Source: an uncultured Spirochaetales bacterium | GTDB taxonomy: Bacteria; Myxococcota_A; UBA9160; PR03 | Length of the DNA: 39,585 bases | NCBI GenBank assembly: GCA_964403735.1 | Contig: CAYOHN010000002.1 | Location: forward strand, 1 to 39,585 | Reading direction: 5' to 3' | Part shown: positions 8,699-17,428 of the stretch, one piece after another | Position numbering within the stretch: position 1 is the first letter of the stretch | Layout of the letters: each line of letters starts with the position of its first letter | Notes under the pieces: model-generated | What the model was told of the DNA's origin: nothing | Seen by the model: only the letters and a program-made list of their open reading frames with translations | Databases searched by the model: none | Translations under genes and position numbers: made by a program

Positions 8699-8745
8699 CT
8701 CGATACTCCCATCGTTTCGAGCATCACCAGACGCAGGCGGTTCCC

Positions 8746-9726
8746 TCACCGGCCGAGACCGAAGCTCATGTTGCCGGGATCGGTCAGGTTTCCCTTGATC
8801 AGCTTGGGCAAGACCGGCGCGAAGGTGACCTGGATGTTCCACTTCTGCCCGAACTGTTCGGGGTGGATCGGCATGTACTGCGCCGCGAGCGCGACACGGA
8901 TCGGCAGCTTGCCGAGCTTCACCACCTTCGCGACCGACGCGCCGATCGGCACCGTCCACACGTCGCTGTCGTCGGCCTTCCAGTTGGCGAGCACGTTGCC
9001 CGAGTAGCCGACGCTCCAGCCGTCGCGCAGGAACCAGGAGAAGAAGGGCTGGAGATTCATCGAGCTGGTGCTCGCGCGATCGCCGTCGCCTGCGAACGAC
9101 CACCATTGCTGGAACAGCGCCCCGGCGATCCACTTCTCCGAGAGATAACCGACGACGGCGGCGGGTCCGACCTGGTACTTGCCGAATCCCGTGAAATCCG
9201 AGCCTGCGCTGGGGAAGATCCACGTCGGGCCGAGCCCGAGTAGCCACTCGCCGGCGAGTTTCGCGCTCGGCGACACCAGCTGGAGCAACCCGATGTCGCC
9301 GAAGGCGATGGTCCGGTCGATGTCGAGGAAGTCGTTCGAGCCGGGATCCAGATTCGGATGGGGCTGCGAGACGAAGAGCGGGATCACGGGCCGCGTGATC
9401 AGGTTCCAGTCGTCCGAGATGCCCACCGGGAGCACCGGCTGGAACAGCAGGTTCGAGTTCCAGCTCGAGCCGTCCTGAGTGCGGCCGCGGAGCAGGTCGT
9501 CCCGGTCGTCGGGAAGCTGGTGCTTCAGCCGGAAGTTGTTCTGCTGGAACGTGATCGACCAGATGTCGCTCACCGGGTTGGAGAGCGCCTTGTTGACGTC
9601 GGCGAGCGAGGACGCTGCGGGCGCCTCCCCGTGCGCCGTCTCGGCCGGACCATCGGCTGTCGCGACCGCAGCGGGAAGCCATGCGATGAAGAGCCCCCCC
9701 AGCACGACCGCTGTCGTTCTTCGCAT
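8746..9726 (-). CDS. outer-membrane beta-barrel protein (MetA-pathway/transporter-like family, tentative)
   Basis: ATG 9726 with GGAGGA 8 nt upstream. Signal peptide MRRTTAVVLGGLFIAWLPAAVATA. Alternating aromatic/Gly strands (FQQNNF, NLLFQPVLP, WIFPSAG, MNLQPFFSWF, NIQVTFAPVLP). Sits 47 nt upstream of the DUF4410 paralog. Confidence 0.85.
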   Translation of the reverse strand: MRRTTAVVLGGLFIAWLPAAVATADGPAETAHGEAPAASSLADVNKALSNPVSDIWSITFQQNNFRLKHQLPDDRDDLLRGRTQDGSSWNSNLLFQPVLPVGISDDWNLITRPVIPLFVSQPHPNLDPGSNDFLDIDRTIAFGDIGLLQLVSPSAKLAGEWLLGLGPTWIFPSAGSDFTGFGKYQVGPAAVVGYLSEKWIAGALFQQWWSFAGDGDRASTSSMNLQPFFSWFLRDGWSVGYSGNVLANWKADDSDVWTVPIGASVAKVVKLGKLPIRVALAAQYMPIHPEQFGQKWNIQVTFAPVLPKLIKGNLTDPGNMSFGLGR

Positions 9727-9912
9727 CGACCCCGTCCTCCGGTTTCCTCGGTCCGGAGAGGGAAGCGTGAAGATCGCCGGGCGCCTGTCATCTGACGCCA
9801 CCCCGGCGATCCCGGCGATCGATGGGGACGGGGGTGGAACCGCGGTACGGCTCCCGCGTGCCGACTCGGGTGCGGGGTCGGGCAACCGACTCCGGTGGGT
9901 GTCGGCGTCGTC

Positions 9913-10092
9913 GAGGGACTCGCCCCCGTCGGGGAGGGACATGCGGCGCGTGGTGCGTCGCAGCAGTGTGGCGCCCAGCTCCGCCTCCAGGCTCGCGAGC
10001 GCCTGCACCATGGGGTGGCGAGTGAGCTTTGGAGCGCCTCCGCCGGCGTCCGTGAGGCAGCCGCGTTGGACGGTCTCCATGGAGGCGCGCAT
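9913..10092 (-). pseudogene. LysR-type HTH N-terminal remnant
   Basis: Minus frame MRASMETVQRGCLTDAGGGAPKLTRHPMVQALASLEAELGATLLRRTTRRMSLPDGGESL resembles the LysR HTH (..AA.kL..tqpavS.qi..LE..LG..Lf.R..R...lT.aGe.l). No substrate-binding domain follows. Confidence 0.35.
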
Positions 10093-10383
10093 GGCGGAGC
10101 ATGGGAAACACGGCTGCGGTCTACTCGGAGGACCGGGTCGGGACGTTCTGGCAAGTCCCCTGCGGGCCATCGCCGCAGGGCGAATCGGTACACCGAGTAC
10201 ACCTGGTCGCGCCGGAACCACCGGTGCGAAGTCGTGATCGCGCCCGCTTCCGCCGGCTCCCACCACGCGTTGGCGCGAGATGACAGGCGAGCCCGGCGCC
10301 GGATCGTGAATCTCCCCGCGAATGTGGGGAAGCTATGCCCCGCAACCCCAACGGAAACAACCAGAATCGACGAGGAGAGAGTC

Positions 10384-11073
10384 ATGCGTTCCCATTTTGC
10401 CCGGCTGGCCGCCGGCAGCGCGGTCGGACTCGCGCTGTCGTTGCTGCCGCACGCCGTGCGCGCCGCCGACGAGACCGTGGTCACCGACGTCGCCGCGCTC
10501 AGCCAGGAGGTGCGCACCTACATTGCCAAGACCGGCGGCGAGGTCATGAAGGAGATCGCGGAGGCGCAGAAGCTGACCGCGGGCACCACGGACATCCCGG
10601 GCGCCTTGCGCCACACCGACAAGGCCCTGGCGCTGCTGCACAGCGTCAAGGCTGCGAGCCCCACCGAGAGCCTACGCGAGAAGATCGGCGGGCTTCTGCA
10701 CCACCACCGGCGCGGCAAGGCCAAGGCGGAGCAATTCGTGCCCGTCGAGGGCGTGCTCAACGAGGTGTCGCAGATCCAGGGGATGGACGTCGCCGACGTC
10801 GAGACCTCGCTCGGCAAGGCCAAGACGTCGCACGCCGGCGGCGACAAGGTGCAGGCCGAGGCCGACTTGATCGACGCCTACGAGGGTGTGGGGTACCTGG
10901 AGATCGACCTCCCGCTGGAGGCCACCGAGGCCCGACTGACCGCGGCGCGCTACGCGCTCGGCCGGCGCGACATCGCCAACGCCAACGCCGCCCTCGCCGC
11001 CGCCATCACGCACACCAAGACCTGGACCGCGATGGCCCAGGGCGAGACGGTCGAGGCGGGCGTCGAGTACTGA
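10384..11073 (+). CDS. YfdX-like periplasmic protein (tentative family call)
   Basis: ATG 10384 with GGAGAG upstream. Signal peptide MRSHFARLAAGSAVGLALSLLPHAVRA. Helical Ala/Lys/Glu-rich 229-aa protein with a YfdX-like layout (..IDLPLEATEARLTAARYAL..ANAALAAA). Confidence 0.75.
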   Translation: MRSHFARLAAGSAVGLALSLLPHAVRAADETVVTDVAALSQEVRTYIAKTGGEVMKEIAEAQKLTAGTTDIPGALRHTDKALALLHSVKAASPTESLREKIGGLLHHHRRGKAKAEQFVPVEGVLNEVSQIQGMDVADVETSLGKAKTSHAGGDKVQAEADLIDAYEGVGYLEIDLPLEATEARLTAARYALGRRDIANANAALAAAITHTKTWTAMAQGETVEAGVEY

Positions 11074-11086
11074 GCCGACTTCGGAG

Positions 11087-11120
11087 ATCCGGGCTCGCCG
11101 CCGCCGCGGCGGGCCCGGAT
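11087..11120 (+). terminator. GC-rich hairpin after the YfdX-like gene
   Basis: atccgggctcgcc / ggcgggcccggat forms a 13-bp stem with one mismatch and an 8-nt loop, 14 nt after the stop. There is no T-tract, which is usual for high-GC genomes. Confidence 0.35.
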
Positions 11121-11240
11121 CGTCCCCGGCGCGCGTCAGGGCCCGTGCGGGTCTGCGGCGAAGCAGCCGAAGCAGCCACTGATCGGCGTTCGTCCCCCGC
11201 CGCCGCACGGGATGTAGACCTGACGCAAAGGGGTGTCGGC

Positions 11241-13649
11241 TTGTCATCACGTGCCACGTCGCTCGTCGTGTGGGTCGCTCTCGCGCTGCTGGCGGGCGGG
11301 ATCTCGGCATGCAGCAAGGAATCTCCCGGTCCGCCGCTGCCGCTCGACATCAACTCGCAGGCGTTCGAACCGCTCGATCGCACGCTCGCCTTCGACCGCG
11401 ATGTAGAGCCGGTGCTCGAGAGCCGCTGCGTCGTCTGCCACGCCTGCTGGGATGCGCCGTGCCAGATGCTCTTCTCGTCCTACGACGGCGCGCAGCGCGG
11501 AGCCACGAAGCAGCCCGTCTACGATTCATCGCGGCTCGAGGCGATGCCGCCGACGCGCATGTTCATCGATGCGCGCAGCACCGCGGAGTGGCGGGCTCGG
11601 GATTTCTTCTCCGTGCTCGGCCAACGCCCGGCGTCCGGCGCCGCGGCGGGTGAAGACCCGCTGCTGCTCTCCATGCTCGCGCTCGGGCGCATGCATCCGT
11701 TCGCCGAGGGCCAGCGCCTGCCCGACGACGTCGGACTCGACATCGATCGCACGCTCTCCTGCCCGGCGTCTGGCGAGTTCGGGGACTACGCGCGCGAGCA
11801 TCCGCACGGCGGCATGCCGTATGGCACGGCGCCGCTGAGCGACGCGGAGCTGCAGATTCTCGCCACCTGGGTGGCGCAGAGCCCGGCGCCGCCGCCGACG
11901 CCGGCGCTGCCGGCGAGCGCGCAGCGACAGGTCGCCCAGTGGGAGACCTTCCTGAACGGTGAGTCCTTGAAGGAGCGCATCACGGGCCGCTATCTCTACG
12001 AGCACTGGTTCCTGGCTCATCTGCGCCTCGAGGGCTTCCCGACCGGCCCGTTCTTCGAGGTCGTGCGCTCGCGCACGGCGCCCGGCCAGCCGATCGACGA
12101 GATCGCCACGGTGCGTCCGTACGACGATCCGGGCGTCGAGCGCGTGTGGTATCGCCTGCGGCCGCTCCAGTCGACGATCGTGCACAAGACGCACATCCTG
12201 TATCCGCTCGACGACGCGAAGCGCAGCCGCCTGCGCGAGCTGTTCCTCGACAGCGACTGGACGCCGACCCACTTCCCGGCCTACACGCCGGAGGTGGCGT
12301 CGAACCCGTTCGTCGCGTTCCGGGAGATGCCGGCGCGCAGCCGCTACGGGTATCTGCTCGACGACGCGCAGTACTTCATCATGACCTTCATCCGCGGCCC
12401 GGTGTGCCGCGGCCAGGTTGCCGTCGACGTGATCGAGGATCACTTCTGGGTCTCGTTCGTAGAGCCTTCCCGCGATCTTTCGGTGATCGATCCGAAGTTC
12501 CTGGTGGAGGCGGCCCCGCTGCTCGATCTGCCGGCCGAGCATCGGAGCCACTTCGGTCTCGGCGAGCTGTGGCTCGAGTACGCCACGAAGCAGCGCAAGT
12601 ACCTGGAAATGCGCGAGCAATACTATGACGCCATCGATCCGGAGCATCGCGGCCCGGCGCTCGATTGGATCTGGGATGGCGGAGGTGAGAATCCGAACGC
12701 CCGGCTCACGGTGTTCCGCAACTTCGACAACGCCACCGTCATCAAAGGCTTCGTCGGCCAGATCCCGAAGACCGCCTGGGTGATGGATTATCCGATCTTC
12801 GAGCGGATCTACTACGACCTCGTCGCCGGCTTCGACATCTTCGGCAACGTCTCGCACCAGGTTTCGACGCGCCTCTACATGGACCACCTTCGCATGCAGT
12901 CGGAGAATCTATTCCTCGGCTTTCTCCCCGCGGACATCCGCAAGGAAGTCCGCGCCTCGTGGTACGTGGGCGCCACGCACAAGCTCTCCTACTCCGTCGT
13001 CGACCGTCAGCGCACGCTCGACCACGGCACGCAGATCGACTTCGAGACGTCGGATCCGAAGGCCGAGCTACTGGAGATGCTGATCGCGCAGGCGGGCCCG
13101 GCGGCCGGGCCGCCCGACCTGCTCAACCGTTGCGAGAAGCCGCCGTGCGTGCGGCCAGACGCGAGCGCGCTCGAGCGCGACGTCGAGCGTGAGCTGCAGC
13201 GCTTCACCTCGGTCAAAGGCGGCTTCGTGCCGTTGCTTCCGGAGGTCGCGCTCGTGCGCGTCCGGGCGCCCGGGCCGGCCAGCGCGGACGGCGCGAACGA
13301 TCTCCTCTACGCACTCGTGCGCAACGTCGCGCACACCAACGTCGCGTTCATGTTCGGCGAGGACGAGCGCCTGATTCCCGCCGAGGACACGCTCAGCGTC
13401 GTGCGCGGGCACTTCGGCAGCTATCCGAATTTCATCTTCGAGGTAGACGCCGCGCACGTTCCGGCGTTCGTCGACGGCATGTTGTCGCTGCAAAGCGACG
13501 CCGAGCTCGAGCCGTTCGTCGCGCGCTACGGCGTGCGGCGCACGAGCGCACGCTTCTGGGAGACGCTCGACTGGCTGCATGCGGATGGGAAGCGGCGAAA
13601 CCCTACCGAGGCGGGGCTCTACGATATCAACCGATACAAGAACCTCTGA
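11241..13649 (+). CDS. cti: fatty acid cis/trans isomerase (CTI family, haem c CXXCH), predicted lipoprotein
   Basis: C-terminal ~800 codons of ORF 10335-13649. Proposed TTG 11241 start (AAAGGGG upstream) gives MSSRATSLVVWVALALLAGGISAC (lipobox). Haem motif is LESRCVVCHACWDAPCQMLFSSYDG. Family-typical blocks run throughout (YLYEHWFLAHL, MTFIRGPVCRGQVAVDVIEDHFWV, YPNFIFEVD, NRYKNL end). Confidence 0.9.
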   Translation: MSSRATSLVVWVALALLAGGISACSKESPGPPLPLDINSQAFEPLDRTLAFDRDVEPVLESRCVVCHACWDAPCQMLFSSYDGAQRGATKQPVYDSSRLEAMPPTRMFIDARSTAEWRARDFFSVLGQRPASGAAAGEDPLLLSMLALGRMHPFAEGQRLPDDVGLDIDRTLSCPASGEFGDYAREHPHGGMPYGTAPLSDAELQILATWVAQSPAPPPTPALPASAQRQVAQWETFLNGESLKERITGRYLYEHWFLAHLRLEGFPTGPFFEVVRSRTAPGQPIDEIATVRPYDDPGVERVWYRLRPLQSTIVHKTHILYPLDDAKRSRLRELFLDSDWTPTHFPAYTPEVASNPFVAFREMPARSRYGYLLDDAQYFIMTFIRGPVCRGQVAVDVIEDHFWVSFVEPSRDLSVIDPKFLVEAAPLLDLPAEHRSHFGLGELWLEYATKQRKYLEMREQYYDAIDPEHRGPALDWIWDGGGENPNARLTVFRNFDNATVIKGFVGQIPKTAWVMDYPIFERIYYDLVAGFDIFGNVSHQVSTRLYMDHLRMQSENLFLGFLPADIRKEVRASWYVGATHKLSYSVVDRQRTLDHGTQIDFETSDPKAELLEMLIAQAGPAAGPPDLLNRCEKPPCVRPDASALERDVERELQRFTSVKGGFVPLLPEVALVRVRAPGPASADGANDLLYALVRNVAHTNVAFMFGEDERLIPAEDTLSVVRGHFGSYPNFIFEVDAAHVPAFVDGMLSLQSDAELEPFVARYGVRRTSARFWETLDWLHADGKRRNPTEAGLYDINRYKNL

Positions 13650-13867
13650 CGAGGGGCGGCTCGATCGTGCAACCCGGCTACTGCAAGAGCGGTCGAGCCG
13701 ACGTGTTCACTCGCCCTCCAGGTTCAGATGGATCCATCCGCTCTCCCACTCCTCGCCGATCTCGGCAGCTATTTCCGAGACGGAACGCAGGCGTGAGGCA
13801 TCGTTGCGGAAAAGAGTTGCGAGACGGGTACGCCGACGCTCGCGCTCACCCAGGTGCTGATCACTCG

Positions 13868-14004
13868 AGTGCCGTCGAGGATCGACGGGCTCTTCTCCTT
13901 GGGCCAGCCCATGCGCAGCATCGGGATGAAATCGCCCTCTGGTGCGGGCAGTCTGTTGGCTTCTTTGTCCTTACCCGGCGATTACCCGGCGATTCGCGCT
14001 GGAA
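13868..14004 (-). pseudogene. C-terminal remnant of a DUF1214-family gene (WLPAP..WPK subtype)
   Basis: Minus frames read FQRESPG / GKDKEANRLPAPEGDFIPMLRMGWPKEKSPSILDGT, matching LYVQRESPGADKEAKWLPAPNGPIYTVMRL of 6360-7812. The frame is broken by the 11-bp duplication at 13972-13993. No upstream domains. Confidence 0.5.
13972..13993. repeat. perfect 11-bp tandem duplication (tacccggcgat x2)
   Basis: Read directly: 13972-13982 is identical to 13983-13993. Removing one unit restores the frame FQRESPGKDKEANRLPAPEG. Confidence 0.9.
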
Positions 14005-14092
14005 ACCGCTGCGACTCCAAGGTTTGTGGGTCGGCGCAAGGCCGATCGGAGCGGCAGGCTGGACCGGTCTGAACCGGAACCGCTTCAGCAGG

Positions 14093-14518
14093 TTACCACC
14101 AAGGCCCCCAGCCGCCCCAAGAGTCCCAATCCATCGAGGCCATCTCGTTCTCCTCGGCGATCTCCTGCTGGACCCCGAGCTTTTGATCACGGTCATACGC
14201 CGCCTCGGTGCCGACATGGAGGCACTGGCAGTCGGTCGCGTCGGCCCAGACGAAGCGCAGCGCGCCGTCCGGGCCCGTGGTGCGCGTGAGCTTGCGTTGG
14301 GGCAGCGCCTCGACCTTGGCCATTTGTTCCGGGGTCTTCGCAAACTGCATCTGGAATCCGGCGGCGGCCAGTATGCGCTCCGTACTCGCGGCCTCCGATT
14401 TCTGGATCGCCGCGCAGCCGCTCGAGGTCAAGAGTGCGGAGATCGCCAACGCTCCACCGATCTTGATCGTGGTCGCCTTCCCGAAACCGCGTTTGTGTGT
14501 GTTCATTCTCGGACCCAT
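14093..14518 (-). CDS. small lipoprotein with Trp-rich C-terminus
   Basis: ORF 14093-14518 (alternative ATG 14506). Lipobox ALLTSSGC. Ends ..MASMDWDSWGGWGPWW. High GC3. Confidence 0.75.
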   Translation of the reverse strand: MGPRMNTHKRGFGKATTIKIGGALAISALLTSSGCAAIQKSEAASTERILAAAGFQMQFAKTPEQMAKVEALPQRKLTRTTGPDGALRFVWADATDCQCLHVGTEAAYDRDQKLGVQQEIAEENEMASMDWDSWGGWGPWW

Positions 14519-14711
14519 GCTCCTTGTCGATGAAAACGTGCCTCTCCGCCTGCGAAGAGCCGGCGGGGAGAACGCGAGCCGTTGTTTCTGCAGAGGAGAA
14601 CAACGTGTCCTTCGGGCCGCCGATGGTGCCTGCCCGCACTCCTCAATCGGACGGCGCTAGCCCCGGCGGTCACTCCTTGTCAATCTCCCGATCGTCCGGG
14701 CGAGTTGATGA

Positions 14712-15092
14712 GATCGGAAGTCGTCGGCAGCGAAGCGATCCACGATCGCGACGGCATGCCGCGAGGCCCATCCGGATCTCGAGGCCGCGTACGTGTTCGG
14801 CTCGCGAGCCGCCGGCACGCCTCACCCGGGCAGCGACTGCGACGTCGCGGTGCTGCTTCCTCCGGAGACGGTCCACGGCGCCGGGACGCTCGCGCTCTCC
14901 GAGCTGCATCCGACCCTGGAGCGTCGGCTTCGCCGGGAGGTGGATCTCGTCAACCTGCGTCTCGCCTCGACGGTCTTCGCGAAGGAGGTGATCGCCACGG
15001 GGGAGCGGATCGCGTGCGTCGACGCCGCGGCGGCGGAAGAGTTCGAGGCGCTCATCTTCTCGCCGTCGATCGCTTCGGGCTTCGGCCAATAG
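14712..15092 (+). pseudogene. MNT-type nucleotidyltransferase (antitoxin-like) gene fragment lacking a proper start and native C-terminus
   Basis: Frame reads ..ACREAHPDLEAAYVFGSRAAGTPHPGSDCDVAVLLPP..REVDLVNLRLAS (GSxxxGxxxxxSDxD motif). The only in-frame start is GTG 14793, inside the domain; ATG 14708 is out of frame by 1 nt. From about 15058 the ORF reads antisense through a DUF1214 remnant. No HEPN partner is present. Confidence 0.5.
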
Positions 15093-15353
15093 AGCCGCAT
15101 GACGACGTCGACCGGGCCTTTGGGGGCAGGCAGCCACTTCGACTGCTCGTCCGCACCCGGCGAATCCTTCTGGAGGTAGAGCGTCAGCCTGCCTCAGCTC
15201 CGAGTTCGTCCCGGCCGACTCCGGCGAGACGGCGAAGGGCTTGCCCGGCGCGATGCCGATCTTCGCGAAGCGCGCCCGCAGCTCGGTCTCTTCCGGCACC
15301 GGCAGACAGCACTGGAGCAGGAAGTTCAGGGTCTCGAACGGCTGCTCCTCCAT
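15059..15353 (-). pseudogene. internally deleted DUF1214-family remnant
   Basis: MEEQPFETLNFLLQCCLPVPEETELRARFAKIGIAPGKPFAV aligns to FFEYLDWSLPFAPPGPEEREIRAKLARIGVGPGKTFEW of 6360-7812. A frame jump near 15190 then joins directly to LTLYLQKDSPGADEQSKWLPAPKGPVDVVMRLYWPKPEAIDGEK. About 200 codons in the middle and the whole DUF1254 half are missing. Confidence 0.55.
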
Positions 15354-15388
15354 CGTGAGACTCGGGCGCCCGACCGCGATGCGCCGGA

Positions 15389-15733
15389 CTAGCGTCCCGG
15401 GTAGCGCGCGTCGGGATTCGCCGCGACGCAGCCGCTCGACCCTTCCTGACACATGACGACGATGGTCGTGCGCTGGCCACAGCCCTCCACGCCGATCGTG
15501 TACTCGAGCCGCTCGATCCCGCTCACCCACGGCCCCTGGATGGCCGGCTGGATCAGATCGCTCGACAGGACCACCCCTGTCGCGTCCGGACAGTTGAGGT
15601 CGAAGCGCCCACGCGCGAGCGCCGTTGCGAGCGCGGTGGGCTCCTGGTTCGCGAGTATCTGCTGATCGGTGGCGCAGGCCAGCAGCGAACCAAGCGCAAT
15701 CGTGATGACTGCAAACCAGCGTGACGTCGTCAT
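15389..15733 (-). CDS. small Cys-containing lipoprotein
   Basis: ATG 15733 with GGGAGG 7 nt upstream. MTTSRWFAVITIALGSLLAC lipobox. 114 aa with four further Cys. Confidence 0.75.
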   Translation of the reverse strand: MTTSRWFAVITIALGSLLACATDQQILANQEPTALATALARGRFDLNCPDATGVVLSSDLIQPAIQGPWVSGIERLEYTIGVEGCGQRTTIVVMCQEGSSGCVAANPDARYPGR

Positions 15734-15779
15734 GGCGGACCTCCCCGGGCGAAACTTTCTAGCGCTGCGCCCGGGCGGG

Positions 15780-16915
15780 GTCAACGGATCCGCTCGAGGC
15801 GCCGCTCGGCTCACCAGCGGCAGCTGACCGGCCGGAGCGCCTCCGCGCTGCTCCACCATCATCGCGGCCTCGCACCAGCCGGCCTCGGAGCGCACGCGTG
15901 CGAGCACCTCCAGGGTTCCCTTTACGAACTCGCCTACCTCGAGCACGCGGGTAAAGGTGAAGACGGCGAAGGGACCCGGTCGGTGCCGCGGGCCGAACCG
16001 GAGCCAGTCCAGGGCGCCTTTTCGATGCGGCCGAGCAGCGCCAGGCTCGCCGGGATCACGGGATCGAGGTCGAGGACCTTGCCGCGGCCATCCGCGGAGT
16101 CGCCGCGCGCGGCGTGTGCCGCCCAGTCGAGCGACGCTTCGGAGTCGCCCGACGCGAGGTGGGCGAGAGCGAGGCCTCCGTCTCTCGCCCCGCAGCCGGA
16201 ACCCGAGGAGACGACGGGCCCGGCGGCGGGCGGGAGCGCGAGGGGAGTCCGTGTCTCCGCTCCTGCGCGCCGACGCCCGCTGCCCTCGCGCCGCCTTTCG
16301 TTTGTCGCCCGTGCGACCTCGACCCACGTCTTGCGCGTGAAGGCGAAGAGGTCGAGGACTGCCGATCGCCGGACCGTCCGACGCAGGAGGTCTCCTTGGT
16401 CGACGCAGTCGCCCGAGACGGTCAGGGTGACGGCCAGATCGTCGAACGGGTCCACTGGCTCGCCGTCGCTCGTCGGTGTCGCGTAGGTGCAGGAACACTA
16501 CGAGATCCCGCGAGATCGCGATGTCGGTGCGGAGCCAGGGCGATGCCGCGCTCGGTCGCACTCACTGTGACCACCGCGTTGATGCAGCCGGAGAGCCCAG
16601 CGAGAACCAACCCGGTTTCCTGCTCGCCATGACGTACTGCGAGCCGATGCCCAGCATTTCGATCGCGATTGCCGCGGTGACGCCGGTGTCGTTGTGTGAG
16701 CACAAAACTCGTGCTGCCAGATTGCGCAGGCCCGGTTGCGAGTAGTACTGGTAACTACCACCGGCAAAAGGGTGGAACCATGCGCTACCCGGATCGAGGC
16801 ATGCGTCCTTCATCCGAGGCTCGAAAGCGATGGTGCGCGTGGTGGCATTGCCCACGGCCACGGCTTCTGTGAGCGTCTTCTCGGGCTCTTCGTCCGGCCC
16901 GAAAGGTTCGTCCTT
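15780..16915 (-). other. decayed coding region of unknown family, readable only by switching frames
   Basis: High-GC3 minus-strand segments lie in three frames: ..AVAVGNATTRTIAFEPRMKDACLDPGSAWFHPFAGGSYQYY..TGVTAAIAIEMLGIGSQYV / HGEQETGLVLAGLSGCINAVVTVSATERGIALAP / DPFDDLAVTLTVSGDCVDQGDLL..VIPASLALLGRIEKAP / FAVFTFTRVLEVGEFVKGTLEVLARVRSEAGW. There is no single ORF with a start and RBS. Family not recognised. Confidence 0.25.
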
Positions 16916-17065
16916 CTAGCACCCAGGGATCGGTTCGAGTCGGACTGCGAGGCTCATCAGGTCGGCCCGACAGGCGGGGAGGATTCGTGTACTTTATCGA
17001 AGACGACCAACACGTCGGCGTGCGTGCGGGAAACGAGCCCGAAGTCGAAGCCGAGGAGGACGTCC

Positions 17066-17428
17066 ATGCTGGGATTCGAGCTCGGGTTCTGGGACTACGT
17101 CACCTTCCTCGTCTTGGGGACCTGCGGCATCTCGTTCGTCATCTTCCTCGTCTGGCTGGCGGGGCTTCCCGGCAGGATCGCCATCGCGCGGAAGCACCCG
17201 GACGCAGAGGCTGTGCAGGTGATGGGCTACGCGGGCTTCCTGGCAGTGGTGCCGTGGATCCAGGCCTTCATCTGGTCGTTCAAGCCGACGGACATCGTCG
17301 ACATTCGCCGCACGCCGGAGGCGGAAGCCGCCTTCATCGAGGACATGGTCGCCCGGCTCGAGGGCAAACCCCCGCCGAAGGCCGAACCCCATGCCGCGGC
17401 GGCTGCCGCTCCGGAAGATGAAGCCTGA
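17066..17428 (+). CDS. DUF3302 (YiaW-like) small inner-membrane protein
   Basis: ATG 17066 with GAGGAGGA 5 nt upstream. MLGFELGFWDYVTFLVLGTCGISFVIFLVWLAGLPGRIAIARKHPDAEAVQVMGYAGF. Its stop overlaps the next start (TGATG at 17426-17430). Confidence 0.85.
   Translation: MLGFELGFWDYVTFLVLGTCGISFVIFLVWLAGLPGRIAIARKHPDAEAVQVMGYAGFLAVVPWIQAFIWSFKPTDIVDIRRTPEAEAAFIEDMVARLEGKPPPKAEPHAAAAAAPEDEA

Noticed and set aside
8699-9682. Upstream 328 codons of the 568-aa ORF 7976-9682
   Set aside because: They overlap the OM-barrel gene in another frame. The lipoprotein has its own RBS, ATG (8698) and signal peptide.
10335-11240. N-terminal ~300 codons of the 1104-aa plus-strand ORF (would give a giant Cti)
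   Set aside because: This part overlaps the YfdX-like gene in another frame and is Arg/Gly/Pro-rich shadow sequence typical of open frames in high-GC DNA. The conserved CTI sequence, with a lipoprotein leader, starts at 11241.
16925-16945. tRNA T-loop-like motif (ggttcgagtc); a similar ggttcgagcc occurs at 22387-22400
   Set aside because: The flanks do not form a T-stem, acceptor stem or anticodon arm. The second motif lies inside the bchJ-like coding region just upstream of the hemN start.
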